Counted from the stretch's first letter, positions 7,252 through 16,725 are shown. The stretch is DNA of 37,048 bases from Patescibacteria group bacterium (GCA_041660885.1 JBAZVM010000009.1:1-37048); one strand, 5' to 3'. Notes: generated by a model from the sequence alone, not told the origin. Numbers and translations: made by a program.

Positions 7252-9555
7252 ATGTTTGTGTATTTTACATATTTACCGGTTTTCATTATATTACTATCCC
7301 TCTTTTTTCTGTTTGTTTATAAATCTAATCGGAAAAGCGAGAGACTCATTTTTTCCTGTTTTATTTTATCATTAGCCCTATGGGTTTTTGCATTATTTTT
7401 TGCGGATTCTCTAAAAGACAACTATACAGTTTTAATTTGGACTCGTTTAGCAATCATAGGGCCGTCTTTAGCACCATATTTTTTATTTATTTTTTCCTTT
7501 CTCTACCCTAAAAAGAAAGAGAATTTTACTTATATAAAAGGTATTCTCCTAGCTATTCCGCTACTGCCAATTTTGCTATTAGTTAACACTAAATATAATG
7601 TTGAAAGCGTTATTGTAGAAACATGGGGATCAAATCCGCAATCTGGTTTTTTATATTATTATTTATTGTTATTCGTATTAACATATTTGTTTTTCACTTT
7701 CAGAAATTTTTTCGTAAGTTATATCATTTACAGAGGAATATATAAAAAACAAATTGTCTACATTTTTTTTGGTGTTATTTTGTTTGCCTCAACAGCAATA
7801 ATCACAAATTTGTTATCTGTAATTATTGGATTCGCTCAAGTTAGTATATTGGGCCCGTTTTCTTCTTTGTTTGTTATTGGTAGCGTAGCTTATACGGTCT
7901 TTCGTTATAGATTAATGGATATTAGAATTGTAATTAAAAATGTTTTAGTTTATCTTACAACCCTATGCATAATCTTGGGAATTGGTTTATTGGTATTTTT
8001 ATTCATCAATATTTATTTTATTGAAGGTACTTTTGATTATTCCAGAGTAGCCATAGGATTTTTTCTTTTTGCCGTATGTTTACCTTTGTTTCATTTTTTA
8101 ATCACATGGATAGATAAATTATTTTCCACTAAAATTTTTAAAAAGTTTTACACTACTCAAGAGACTATAAAACATTTAAGCAATGAAACAGTAAAAGTAA
8201 TTGAATTAAACAAACTAACAGATTTGATTGTCGACACCGTAATGAAAAGCATGGGCTTGAATAGAACAGGAATACTATTGGCCGAAGAAATGGTAGATAA
8301 AGAAAACGAAGATCATCATCACCATAGTTTTGATATTGTTGAGCGTTTTAAAAGAAAGCGGGAAAGACACGTTAATTTTTATAGAATAGCCAAGACAATC
8401 GGTTTTAATGAAACTAACGGAATTTCTTTAGTCAAAGATAATTTTTTAACCAGCTATTTGCAGAAAACAAAATCGGCTTTGGTTTTTGAAGAATTGGAAT
8501 TAATGATCAGGGACACAAACAGCGAAGTGGAGAAACGCCATTTGCAAACTTTACGCGAAAATATGCAGAAAATTGAAGCGGGCGTGTGTTTGCCCTTGTT
8601 TTCCAATAAAGAGTTGATTGGCTTGATAGTACTGGGGAATAAAATTTCTAACGAAGCATATACAAAAGAAGATTTGCAGTTGTTGGAGACTCTGGCCAAC
8701 CAAGCTTCTGTGGCTATATCCAACGCCAGATTATATAAAGAAGTGGACGAAGCGCATAAGCAAGCGGAAAACTTTAATGTGATTCTGCAAAAGAAGGTGG
8801 ATGAAGCCACGAAGGAGCTTAAGGAAAAGAACGCCAACTTGCAGGAACTTTTACACATGAAATCGGAATTTTTAACAGTAGCCTCGCACCAATTGCGCAC
8901 GCCCACGAGCATCGTGCGCGGCATGCTTTCCATGTTGAATGAAGATGGCGACAATATGGAGCCCGCGCAGAAGAAGCAGTTTATCGCGCAATCTTACGAA
9001 AGCATCACGCATTTGGAGCGCATCGTGCACGATTTGTTAAGCGCCACGGAATTGGAAGGCGGAAAGATGTTATTTATGCAGGAGCCGATTCATTTGGAAG
9101 AATCTGTTGAGAATATTATCAAAGAAAGAAAACAGAACGCGGATAAGAAGGACTTGAAAGTGGAAATAAAAATTCCGAAAAATTTACCTTTGGCCATGGC
9201 AGACCATTATAAAGTGGAAGAAATCGTGGGCAACTTGTTTGATAACGCCGTGAACTATACGGAAAAGGGAGGAATAACTATTAGTTTGGGATCGGATAAA
9301 AAATCTGTTTGGATGAAAGTGGCTGATACGGGTTTTGGCATTACCAAAGAAGATAAAAAACATTTATTCGAACGCTTTAAACGGGGGAAAGATATTGCGC
9401 AAGTGCATCCAAACGGTTCCGGATTAGGGCTTTATATCGTAAAAGGCATAGTGGAAGGGTTTAAAGGACAAATAAAAGTGGAAAGCGCGGGTAGGAATAA
9501 AGGCACCACTTTTACGGTTTACTTTCCCAAAGCATTGTCTAACAATAATAAATAA
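7252..9555 (+). CDS. sensor histidine kinase with an N-terminal multi-TM (7TM-type) sensor, GAF-like domain, HisKA and HATPase_c
   Basis: About 8 hydrophobic helices occupy the first ~290 aa. The GAF-like region ends at ...LANQASVAISNARLYKEV. Kinase motifs are H-box SHQLRTPT, N-box DNAVNYT, G1 DTGFGI and G2 GSGLGL. Confidence 0.9.
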   Translation: MFVYFTYLPVFIILLSLFFLFVYKSNRKSERLIFSCFILSLALWVFALFFADSLKDNYTVLIWTRLAIIGPSLAPYFLFIFSFLYPKKKENFTYIKGILLAIPLLPILLLVNTKYNVESVIVETWGSNPQSGFLYYYLLLFVLTYLFFTFRNFFVSYIIYRGIYKKQIVYIFFGVILFASTAIITNLLSVIIGFAQVSILGPFSSLFVIGSVAYTVFRYRLMDIRIVIKNVLVYLTTLCIILGIGLLVFLFINIYFIEGTFDYSRVAIGFFLFAVCLPLFHFLITWIDKLFSTKIFKKFYTTQETIKHLSNETVKVIELNKLTDLIVDTVMKSMGLNRTGILLAEEMVDKENEDHHHHSFDIVERFKRKRERHVNFYRIAKTIGFNETNGISLVKDNFLTSYLQKTKSALVFEELELMIRDTNSEVEKRHLQTLRENMQKIEAGVCLPLFSNKELIGLIVLGNKISNEAYTKEDLQLLETLANQASVAISNARLYKEVDEAHKQAENFNVILQKKVDEATKELKEKNANLQELLHMKSEFLTVASHQLRTPTSIVRGMLSMLNEDGDNMEPAQKKQFIAQSYESITHLERIVHDLLSATELEGGKMLFMQEPIHLEESVENIIKERKQNADKKDLKVEIKIPKNLPLAMADHYKVEEIVGNLFDNAVNYTEKGGITISLGSDKKSVWMKVADTGFGITKEDKKHLFERFKRGKDIAQVHPNGSGLGLYIVKGIVEGFKGQIKVESAGRNKGTTFTVYFPKALSNNNK

Positions 9556-9557
9556 TT

Positions 9558-9722
9558 ATGGATAAAAAACAGCAATTAAAAAAGGAAGAGTTGGAACAAA
9601 CTCTGGCGGAAAAAGCCGTGCAATCCATCGGCATATCCATAGCCGCGGTTATCGGCATTATTCTTCTGTTTATGCTTTTCTTGGGCATCTTCATGAAAGG
9701 CGTGGTAAGCGGTTGGTTTTAA
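9558..9722 (+). CDS. 54-aa single-pass micro-membrane protein (not in ORF track)
   Basis: The ATG lies 2 nt after the kinase stop. The translation is MDKKQQLKKEELEQTLAEKAVQSIGISIAAVIGIILLFMLFLGIFMKGVVSGWF, with a charged N-terminus followed by one hydrophobic helix. It ends 25 nt before the ATPase start. Confidence 0.5.
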   Translation: MDKKQQLKKEELEQTLAEKAVQSIGISIAAVIGIILLFMLFLGIFMKGVVSGWF

Positions 9723-9747
9723 AGTAAAAATATGTTAAAATAATCCC

Positions 9748-12465
9748 ATGCCGAAACATGAGGTTAATTTTTATAATCTATCATTTAACGAAGTAATTAG
9801 CCGTTTTAAAACGGGCGATAACGGCCTAACTCTGGAAGAAGCTAAAAATAGGCTGAAAGAGCACGGCTTTAACAAATTGCCGGAAGAGAAAGGCGCCTCC
9901 AGCATAAAACTTTTTTTCGCGCAGTTTAAAAGCGTTTTAATTTATATTTTGTTGATTGCCGCGGTAATCAACTTTTTTTTGGTTTGCGAAGAAAGCAAAA
10001 GTTTGAATCTTTCCATATCCGACCAAGCGGATACCTATATAATTCTAATCACGGTTCTAATTAATATTATTGTCGGTTTCATACAAGAAAATAAAGCGCA
10101 AAAGTCTTTGCAGGCTTTGAAGAAAATAATTTCTTTAAGCGCCCGCATAATTCGCGGCGGAAAAGAATTCGTGATCAATGCGCAAGAATTGGTGCCCGGA
10201 GATGTAATGCTTATATCCGCCGGGGATAAAATTCCGGCCGATGTTCGGCTGACCGAAGTGGAAGATTTGGAAGCAAACGAATCTGCGCTTACCGGCGAAA
10301 GCGAACCGGTAAAGAAAACAACTGTAAAACTGGAAGGGGAATTGCCCTTGGGAGATAGGCTGAACATGGTTTTTACCGGAACCACCATAACCAAAGGCCA
10401 GGGAAGGGGTATTGTTATTACCACCGGAGAAAAAACCGAAATCGGCCGCATTGCCAAGCTTATCAAAGAAACAAAGGACGAAAGCACGCCGCTTCAGCAA
10501 AAGCTTAATAAATTTTCCAAGAGCATGGGAATAGTTGTTTTGGCCGTGGCCGCGGTTTTAATGATTATCGGTTTTCTGCAGGGAGATCCTTTCATTGAAA
10601 TATTCACGGTATCCGTGGCCGTGGCGGTTTCCGCTTTGCCCGAAGGGTTGGCCATTGGCGTAACCGTTATTTTAGCTTTGGGTATGCAGCGCATTTTGAA
10701 GCAAAAAGCTTTGGTGCGCAAATTGGTAGCCGCGGAAACTTTAGGGTCCACCACTTTCATTTGCACGGATAAAACCGGCACTCTAACCGAAGGTAAAATG
10801 CAGGTAACGGATTTAATCACTTGGGATCATGATTTTAACGTGAAAAAAACCGAAGATAAAAAATTGCGCAGCAAGGAAAACGAAGAAATGCTTTTTGCTT
10901 TGCACATCGGCTTGATGTGCAATGACGCGCGCATAGACAATATCGATGACGATATAGATGATTGGATAATCTCCGGCAATCTTACCGAACGAGCGCTGTT
11001 GCTGGCCGCCACCCAAGCCGGATTGCAATACAAAAAAGAACACTCATTGTATCACCGGCTGGATAGCATTCCCTTTGATTCGGAAATTAAATATATGGCG
11101 ACCCTGCATAAAATGGATGCCAAGCGCAATATAGTTTACTTTAAAGGCGCGCCGGAAAAAGTATTTAATAAATGCACGCATCTGCGCGTAGGCAACAAAG
11201 AAGTAAAATTCGATGAAGAAAAAAGAGAAAAGTTTTTAAATAAATTCACAACTTTAAGCAATAAAGGATTGCGCGTAATTGCCTTAGCTTATCGCCATAT
11301 CCCTGTAAAAAATAAACGTTTGGCAGATGTAAATTTAAACACGCTGGTTTTTGTGGGCTATGTGGGCATTAAAGACCCGCTAAGACCTACTTCTAAAGAA
11401 ACAGTGGAGGAATGCCATCAAGCGGGTATTAAAGTGGTAATGATCACCGGAGACCATAAATTAACAGCTTCGGCCATTGCCAAAGATTTGGGCTTGCCTT
11501 GCGCCGCAGAAAATATTTTAGAAGGGCAAGAGCTTGATAAAATGAGCGACGATATATTAAAGCAGCGTGTAGAAGAAGTATTTGTTTACGCGCGGGTAAG
11601 CCCGGAGCATAAACTGCGCATTGTGCAGGCTTTGCGCAAACGCGGAGAAGTGGTGGCTATGACCGGAGATGGCATTAATGATTCGCCGGCGCTTAAAGCC
11701 TCTGATATCGGTGTGGCCTTGGGTTCTGGCACGCAAGTAGCCAAAGAAACAGCGGATATGGTGATACTGGATGATAATTTCCGAAGCATTGTGGGCGCGG
11801 TGGAAGAAGGCCGAGGGATATTCGACAACATTAAAAAAACCGTGCTGTATTTAATATCCGATTGCTTTTCCGAAGTTGTTTTATTAACTGGGAGCATATT
11901 GATGGGTATGCCCCTACCTTTGGTAGCAGGCCAGATTTTATGGATAAATTTGGTAAATGATACTCTGCCTAACTTGGCATTAACTAAAGAGCCGAAAGAA
12001 CAGGAAATAATGTTTGAACCGCCCAGGGGCCGCAAAGCGGAAATATTAACCAAAGATATTAAAATACTTGTGGTTTTTGTCAGTTTGTTTTCCGGGTTAT
12101 GCGGATTGGGTTTATTTTATTTCTTTAATCAGTATTACGACAATGTCGTGTTAGCCAGATCAGTAACATTTGCCATGCTTGGATTGGATTCCCTTATTTG
12201 TGTTTTCAGCATGCGTTCTTTAAGAAAAAGCATTTTTCAAGGCAATTTGTTCAGCAACTTATACCTGATTGGGGCCGTAATTATCAGCTTTGCGTTCTTG
12301 GCTGCCGCATTTTATGTTCCTTTGTTGCAGCAAATATTAAAAACCGAGCCTCTACAATGGAGTCATTGGCTATTGGTGCTGGCCCTTTGTTTGGTGGAGA
12401 TGGGGTTGATAGAAGCATTGAAATTTATCTTTATGAGGGGTAGAATAAAGTTAATAAGCAAATAA
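9748..12465 (+). CDS. P2-type cation-transporting ATPase (Ca2+/Mg2+-ATPase-like)
   Basis: Motifs seen are TGES, DKTGTLT (the phospho-Asp site), PEGL in TM4, MITGDH, TGDGINDSPAL and NLVNDTLP in TM6. The N-terminal cation-ATPase domain reads LTLEEAKNRLKEHGFNKL. Confidence 0.93.
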   Translation: MPKHEVNFYNLSFNEVISRFKTGDNGLTLEEAKNRLKEHGFNKLPEEKGASSIKLFFAQFKSVLIYILLIAAVINFFLVCEESKSLNLSISDQADTYIILITVLINIIVGFIQENKAQKSLQALKKIISLSARIIRGGKEFVINAQELVPGDVMLISAGDKIPADVRLTEVEDLEANESALTGESEPVKKTTVKLEGELPLGDRLNMVFTGTTITKGQGRGIVITTGEKTEIGRIAKLIKETKDESTPLQQKLNKFSKSMGIVVLAVAAVLMIIGFLQGDPFIEIFTVSVAVAVSALPEGLAIGVTVILALGMQRILKQKALVRKLVAAETLGSTTFICTDKTGTLTEGKMQVTDLITWDHDFNVKKTEDKKLRSKENEEMLFALHIGLMCNDARIDNIDDDIDDWIISGNLTERALLLAATQAGLQYKKEHSLYHRLDSIPFDSEIKYMATLHKMDAKRNIVYFKGAPEKVFNKCTHLRVGNKEVKFDEEKREKFLNKFTTLSNKGLRVIALAYRHIPVKNKRLADVNLNTLVFVGYVGIKDPLRPTSKETVEECHQAGIKVVMITGDHKLTASAIAKDLGLPCAAENILEGQELDKMSDDILKQRVEEVFVYARVSPEHKLRIVQALRKRGEVVAMTGDGINDSPALKASDIGVALGSGTQVAKETADMVILDDNFRSIVGAVEEGRGIFDNIKKTVLYLISDCFSEVVLLTGSILMGMPLPLVAGQILWINLVNDTLPNLALTKEPKEQEIMFEPPRGRKAEILTKDIKILVVFVSLFSGLCGLGLFYFFNQYYDNVVLARSVTFAMLGLDSLICVFSMRSLRKSIFQGNLFSNLYLIGAVIISFAFLAAAFYVPLLQQILKTEPLQWSHWLLVLALCLVEMGLIEALKFIFMRGRIKLISK

Positions 12466-12470
12466 ACCAT

Positions 12471-13001
12471 ATGAAACAAGTATTAATGGTAATCGCCAAA
12501 CAAGGTTTTAAAGACATAGAATATTTTGAACCAAAGCAAATCTTGGAAGATAATGAAATAAGCGTGCACACCGCTTCGACCGAAATAGGCACTGCTACGG
12601 GCAGCGATGGAAAAACAACCAGTATTGATTTTACCGTGGCTGATTTTTTGGAAAAAGAAGAAAACATGGCTCAATACGAAGCGGTTATTTTTGTCGGCGG
12701 TGGCGGAATGGAACCGCTCACGGACGATGCCAATTTTCAAAAGCTGGCCATTAATTTTTTCACTGCTCATAAAATCGTAGCGGCCATTTGCGTGGCGCCT
12801 ATATTATTGGCCAAAGCCGGCTTGTTACGAGGAAGAGACGCCACAGTGTCTTCTAATCAAGAATACATAGATGCTATTGTTAACAATGGCGCGGAATATT
12901 TGAATCAAGATTTGGTTGTAGCTGATAATATCATTACCGCCAGCGGGCCAAAGGTGGCTTATAAGTTTGGCTTAACCATTATGGAAACCATAAATAAATA
13001 A
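12471..13001 (+). CDS. DJ-1/PfpI family protein
   Basis: 176 aa with GGGGME, the nucleophile-elbow motif AAICVAPILLAKAG, and ITASGP near the C-terminus. Confidence 0.85.
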   Translation: MKQVLMVIAKQGFKDIEYFEPKQILEDNEISVHTASTEIGTATGSDGKTTSIDFTVADFLEKEENMAQYEAVIFVGGGGMEPLTDDANFQKLAINFFTAHKIVAAICVAPILLAKAGLLRGRDATVSSNQEYIDAIVNNGAEYLNQDLVVADNIITASGPKVAYKFGLTIMETINK

Positions 13002-13002
13002 T

Positions 13003-13617
13003 ATGCATTTTAAAACAAAATTAGCCTTAGGATCAATTCTAGCCGTGGCTTTGGTAGCGGGGATATTAACTTTGCGCCAAAAATTTTATCCTTCTGCCAC
13101 TTCTATTTTAGATATTAACGCCACGAAAACCGCGGAAGAAGATTTCGATAAAAAAATGCTTACTATGTTAAAAAGAATGGATGTAGCTCTTGATACTAAT
13201 ACCAATGCTAACGGGAATGCAAACAGCAATGCCAATACTAATATTAACACCAGCCAAATCGTTGATAAAAAAGAAGTGCTGGCGGAAAAATTTTATTTGG
13301 TTTTATATCCTCAAGTACAGATAGACGCCGATTTAAATATAAACACGGAAAAGAAAATATCCACTGCTTCATTATCAACCAAGGACGAAAAAGATAAAGT
13401 GCTAGAATTCTATAAAGAGCAATTAACCGACCAAGCCAAAGAAATTGAAAGCGTAAACGAGCAATCAGACGACAAACTGGAAACATCTTTGATACTGTTT
13501 TCCGGCGAAGGCGGCGAAGGGGAGCTTAATGTAAAAATTTGGCGCTCCGGCGAGCAAACCAATATAGATTTATCCATCTCCGATAACTTTAAGGACCCGC
13601 GCTCTTCAGCTCTTTAA
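13003..13617 (+). CDS. membrane-anchored hypothetical protein with an Asn-rich linker
   Basis: It has an N-terminal signal-anchor (LALGSILAVALVAGILTL) and the linker TNTNANGNANSNANTNINT. It starts 1 nt after the DJ-1 stop. Its 3' end overlaps the mfd 3' end by 29 nt in convergent orientation. Confidence 0.65.
   Translation: MHFKTKLALGSILAVALVAGILTLRQKFYPSATSILDINATKTAEEDFDKKMLTMLKRMDVALDTNTNANGNANSNANTNINTSQIVDKKEVLAEKFYLVLYPQVQIDADLNINTEKKISTASLSTKDEKDKVLEFYKEQLTDQAKEIESVNEQSDDKLETSLILFSGEGGEGELNVKIWRSGEQTNIDLSISDNFKDPRSSAL
13195..13251 (+). repeat. Asn-rich low-complexity coding tract (TNTNANGNANSNANTNINT)
   Basis: Read directly from the translation as AAT/AAC-rich imperfect codon repeats. 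Confidence 0.7.
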
Positions 13618-15916
13618 TCGCGGTATTTAATAGTCTTAAATACAAATTCAAACCGATTTCTTCGGCTTGGCCTGATTGGGCTTTCCCTAAAATATTGCCC
13701 ACGCCTCTTAATTCCAAATCTTTCATGGCCAATTCCATGCCGCTGCCCAGGCCGCTGAATTCCGTTAAAGCTTTCAGTCTTTTTCTCGCCTCCATCGTTA
13801 ATTGTGTTTGTTCGTATAATAAATAGGCGTACGCCTCAACGTAGCTTCGGCCGATGCGTCCTCGTATTTGATGTAGTTGGGAAAGCCCGAAATTCGGCGC
13901 GTTATGCACTATTAAAGTGTTGGCGTTGGCGATATCCAGCCCATTTTCAATAATAGTAGAGCAGATTAAAATATCGGTTTTTCCTTCATCAAAATCGTGC
14001 ATTACCCCGGCTAATTGTTTCGGTTCCATCTGGCCGTGCGCCACGGCTATTCTGGCTTTGGGGAATAATTTTTGCAGTTTATGGAAAATAAAATTTATAG
14101 TCTCTACTTTATTATAGAGAAAATAAACCTGTCCTTTTCTATTTAATTCTTGCTCAACCGCTTGTTTAATAATTTGCTCCGACTCCTGCGCGATAATGGT
14201 TTTAATTTTTAAGCGGTGCGGGGGAGGAGTGCGTATAACGGAAATTTCTCGCAAACCGGAAAGCGCCAAGTTTAAAGTACGTGGAATGGGCGTGGCCGTG
14301 AGTGTTAATACATGCGGCGCGTGCTCGGATTTTATTTTTTTAAAAAATTCTTTATGCTTTACCCCGAATTTTTGTTCCTCATCCACGATTATTAAGCCTA
14401 ATTTGTTAAAAGCGATATCTTTGGAAAGCAAGCGGTGGGTGGCGATGATAATATCGGTATGACCGCTTTTTATTTTATTAACCGCTTCTTTTTGCTGCTT
14501 GCCGGATTTAAAGCGGGAAAGCAGCTCGATTGACACCCCGAATTTTTTTAAGCGGTCGCAAAAAGTATCGTAATGTTGCTGAACAAGAATAGTGGTAGGG
14601 CAGAGAATGGCTACCTGGTATCCGTTAAGCACGGCGCGGAAAGAAGCGCGCATCGCGATCTCGGTTTTGCCAAAACCAACATCCCCGCAGATCAGCCTAT
14701 CGGCCGGCTTTTCTTTGCCTAGATCGGCCAGCGTGTCTATCAGGGATTGTTCTTGATCCGGAGTAAGCGGATAGGGGAAAGAATCCCATAGCTCTTTTTC
14801 GCTTGATTGTTCTTTGAATATTGGAGCTTTTATCACTTCGCGCTGAGCGTAAATGTTAAGCAGGTCTTTGGCAATAACTTCGGTCTTCTTTTTTATTTTG
14901 TTGAGAATCTGTTCCCAGGAAGCATCGTCTAAACGATGCAGTTTCGGCTTTACCGAGCCGATATATGGTTCTAATCGGTTACCGCTTGTAAACGGCACAA
15001 AAAGTTTGTCGTTATGTGCGTATTGCAAGAAAAAATATTTTTCGGCTTTAATTTCTTTATACCCGGCGAATTGGGCAACGCCGTGATCAATATGCACCAC
15101 ATAATCTCCCGGTTGAAGATTATCCAAAAAATTTTGGTCTGCTTCTTTTTTTTCTTCAATCAGGGGCGCGCCAAAAATATTTTCGTCCGTTAAAAATATC
15201 GTGTTTTCTTTGGGCAAGATAAAGCTTTCCAATTCAATATCGCCCTTATCCTCCAGTATAGTTTTTCTTTGCGTGATTATCTTACTGATTTTATATGCTT
15301 GTTTGGTGAAAATTAAAATTTTTAAATATTTATTAAGATCATGATTTAATTCTTTAAAACGCATGTTATAAAATTTCGGGGAAACAAATTCCCCATGTAA
15401 ATCATCTTCCCGCATTAAGGCGCTGGAAGCGGGTATCTTTTGCGGATAAACATGAAGCTCTTTAAGATCTTTATTTTTTTTATTGCTTTCCAAAGAAAAA
15501 GAAAATATTTTTTGTATTTTATTTCCTTCAAATTGCACGCGCATGGGGTCGTTTAAAAAAATATCCAGCACATCTCCGCGCACGGAAAAAGTCTTTTCCT
15601 GGTTGGCCGTGGTGTTGCGCTCGTAAGCCAAAGCCACCAGCTTGGCCACAATATCGGACAAAGCCATTTCTTCACCCACAGCCAATTGCAAAGCAAGCGC
15701 CAGATATTCTTTATCGGTTATTTTATTTTCCGTATAGAATTTTTCCGAAACAATATTGTTAATGGGAAATAAAGGATTCCAAAACTGACAAAGGGATTTT
15801 AAAGATAAAACATCCCGTTCTTCCGCTGTTAAATAAAAAGCCAGCCTATTTTTGTAAAATAGGGGGGTGTTTGCTAGTTCATAGCTTATTTCAGTTAAAC
15901 TGCGCCATATAGACAC
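13589..15916 (-). CDS. mfd: transcription-repair coupling factor Mfd (short form, 775 aa)
   Basis: It has the CarD/RNAP-interacting motif GDYVVHIDHGVAQFAGY and SF2 motifs GDVGFGKTE, DEEQKFG and TATPIPRT. The TRG motif is QLHQIRGRIGRS. Confidence 0.9.
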   Translation of the reverse strand: MSIWRSLTEISYELANTPLFYKNRLAFYLTAEERDVLSLKSLCQFWNPLFPINNIVSEKFYTENKITDKEYLALALQLAVGEEMALSDIVAKLVALAYERNTTANQEKTFSVRGDVLDIFLNDPMRVQFEGNKIQKIFSFSLESNKKNKDLKELHVYPQKIPASSALMREDDLHGEFVSPKFYNMRFKELNHDLNKYLKILIFTKQAYKISKIITQRKTILEDKGDIELESFILPKENTIFLTDENIFGAPLIEEKKEADQNFLDNLQPGDYVVHIDHGVAQFAGYKEIKAEKYFFLQYAHNDKLFVPFTSGNRLEPYIGSVKPKLHRLDDASWEQILNKIKKKTEVIAKDLLNIYAQREVIKAPIFKEQSSEKELWDSFPYPLTPDQEQSLIDTLADLGKEKPADRLICGDVGFGKTEIAMRASFRAVLNGYQVAILCPTTILVQQHYDTFCDRLKKFGVSIELLSRFKSGKQQKEAVNKIKSGHTDIIIATHRLLSKDIAFNKLGLIIVDEEQKFGVKHKEFFKKIKSEHAPHVLTLTATPIPRTLNLALSGLREISVIRTPPPHRLKIKTIIAQESEQIIKQAVEQELNRKGQVYFLYNKVETINFIFHKLQKLFPKARIAVAHGQMEPKQLAGVMHDFDEGKTDILICSTIIENGLDIANANTLIVHNAPNFGLSQLHQIRGRIGRSYVEAYAYLLYEQTQLTMEARKRLKALTEFSGLGSGMELAMKDLELRGVGNILGKAQSGQAEEIGLNLYLRLLNTAIKELKSAGP

Positions 15917-15985
15917 GAGGGTTATTGTAATGAAATAAAGGGAAAATGTCTATATGTCAATAAAAAATAATCATGCTTTATATAG

Positions 15986-16014
15986 TTGACATTAAACATA
16001 TATATCTATATAAT
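15986..16014 (+). promoter_or_regulatory. consensus sigma70 promoter driving the island ORF
   Basis: TTGACA (15986-15991), exactly 17 nt, then TATAAT (16009-16014). Both hexamers match consensus perfectly. Confidence 0.55.
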
Positions 16015-16060
16015 CACGAATTCTGTAAATTTTGAATAGCTCTTTTTAGATTAGAATAGA

Positions 16061-16105
16061 GCCGTAGCTTTAAGCGTGTGAAATTCGCACTTTTAAAGCT
16101 GCGGC
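16061..16105 (+). promoter_or_regulatory. long 5'-leader hairpin
   Basis: GCCGTAGCTTTAA (16061-16073) pairs with TTAAAGCTGCGGC (16093-16105) over 13 bp including one G-U. The hairpin sits between the predicted TSS (~16021) and the start codon. Confidence 0.4.
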
Positions 16106-16138
16106 AACTACGCTGTGGCTACAATAAAGGCTATAGCG

Positions 16139-16615
16139 ATGACTATTGAGAAAAACATTATTCGTCGTCATGTGCTCATCATCCGCTCTCGAACGTCCCT
16201 GGAAATGCTGGACGCAACAGGGCGGAATCAGCACTTCCAGCCACAGGTAGTACTTAATATGCCCGTCGCTCGTAATGGCGAGATGGATGTAATTTTTTTC
16301 CACATCGGGCGTCGGCTCGCCGATGTTGAGCTGGCCAAGGAGTACGAGGATCGATACATTAAACCTCTCGATCCGTATACGTTACTCCAGATCAATATCG
16401 AGGATCCACAATTTGCCGATGATCACCCAAATGGAACAATTTGGAAAGATGAACGGGGTCGATGGTGTCATGCCGCGTTCGATGTGGCATGGAGCAATTG
16501 GGGAGAAATACCCCATCGACGAGTCCATGTTCTCGGGCCCGACATCTCCTGCGGCCACTGGTGGTCTGATCGCTGGGTATTCGCCGGTGTAGAAAAGAAG
16601 TTTTTTCCGGTCTAG
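16139..16615 (+). CDS. hypothetical protein, GC-enriched, Trp/His/Cys-containing C-terminal half
   Basis: The track ORF 16115..16615 starts at GTG. ATG 16139 (MTIEKNIIRRH...) is preferred. Hand G+C counts are 27/60 at 16141-16200 and 37/60 at 16501-16560. I recognise no domain. Notable segments are HPNGTIWKDERGRWCHAAFDVAWSNWGE and CGHWWSDRWVFAGV. Confidence 0.65.
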   Translation: MTIEKNIIRRHVLIIRSRTSLEMLDATGRNQHFQPQVVLNMPVARNGEMDVIFFHIGRRLADVELAKEYEDRYIKPLDPYTLLQINIEDPQFADDHPNGTIWKDERGRWCHAAFDVAWSNWGEIPHRRVHVLGPDISCGHWWSDRWVFAGVEKKFFPV

Positions 16616-16644
16616 GGACACAGAAGGGGGGTACCTAGGCTATG

Positions 16645-16693
16645 ACTCGTCTCGAATTTATCCCAAACAAACAGTGGATAATTCGAGACGGGT
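16645..16693. repeat. 14-bp inverted repeat (1 mismatch) with a 21-nt loop
   Basis: ACTCGTCTCGAATT (16645-16658) pairs with AATTCGAGACGGGT (16680-16693). The central 11 bp are perfect. Confidence 0.5.
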
Positions 16694-16725
16694 TAAGAGT
16701 AATTTAATAATGTGGCTTAAGAATC

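Noticed and set aside
13589-13617. 29-nt convergent overlap of the 13003..13617 ORF with the mfd 3' end as evidence of a mis-called gene
   Set aside because: Both reading frames are otherwise well supported, and short convergent overlaps are common in compact genomes. It is noted but not treated as an anomaly.
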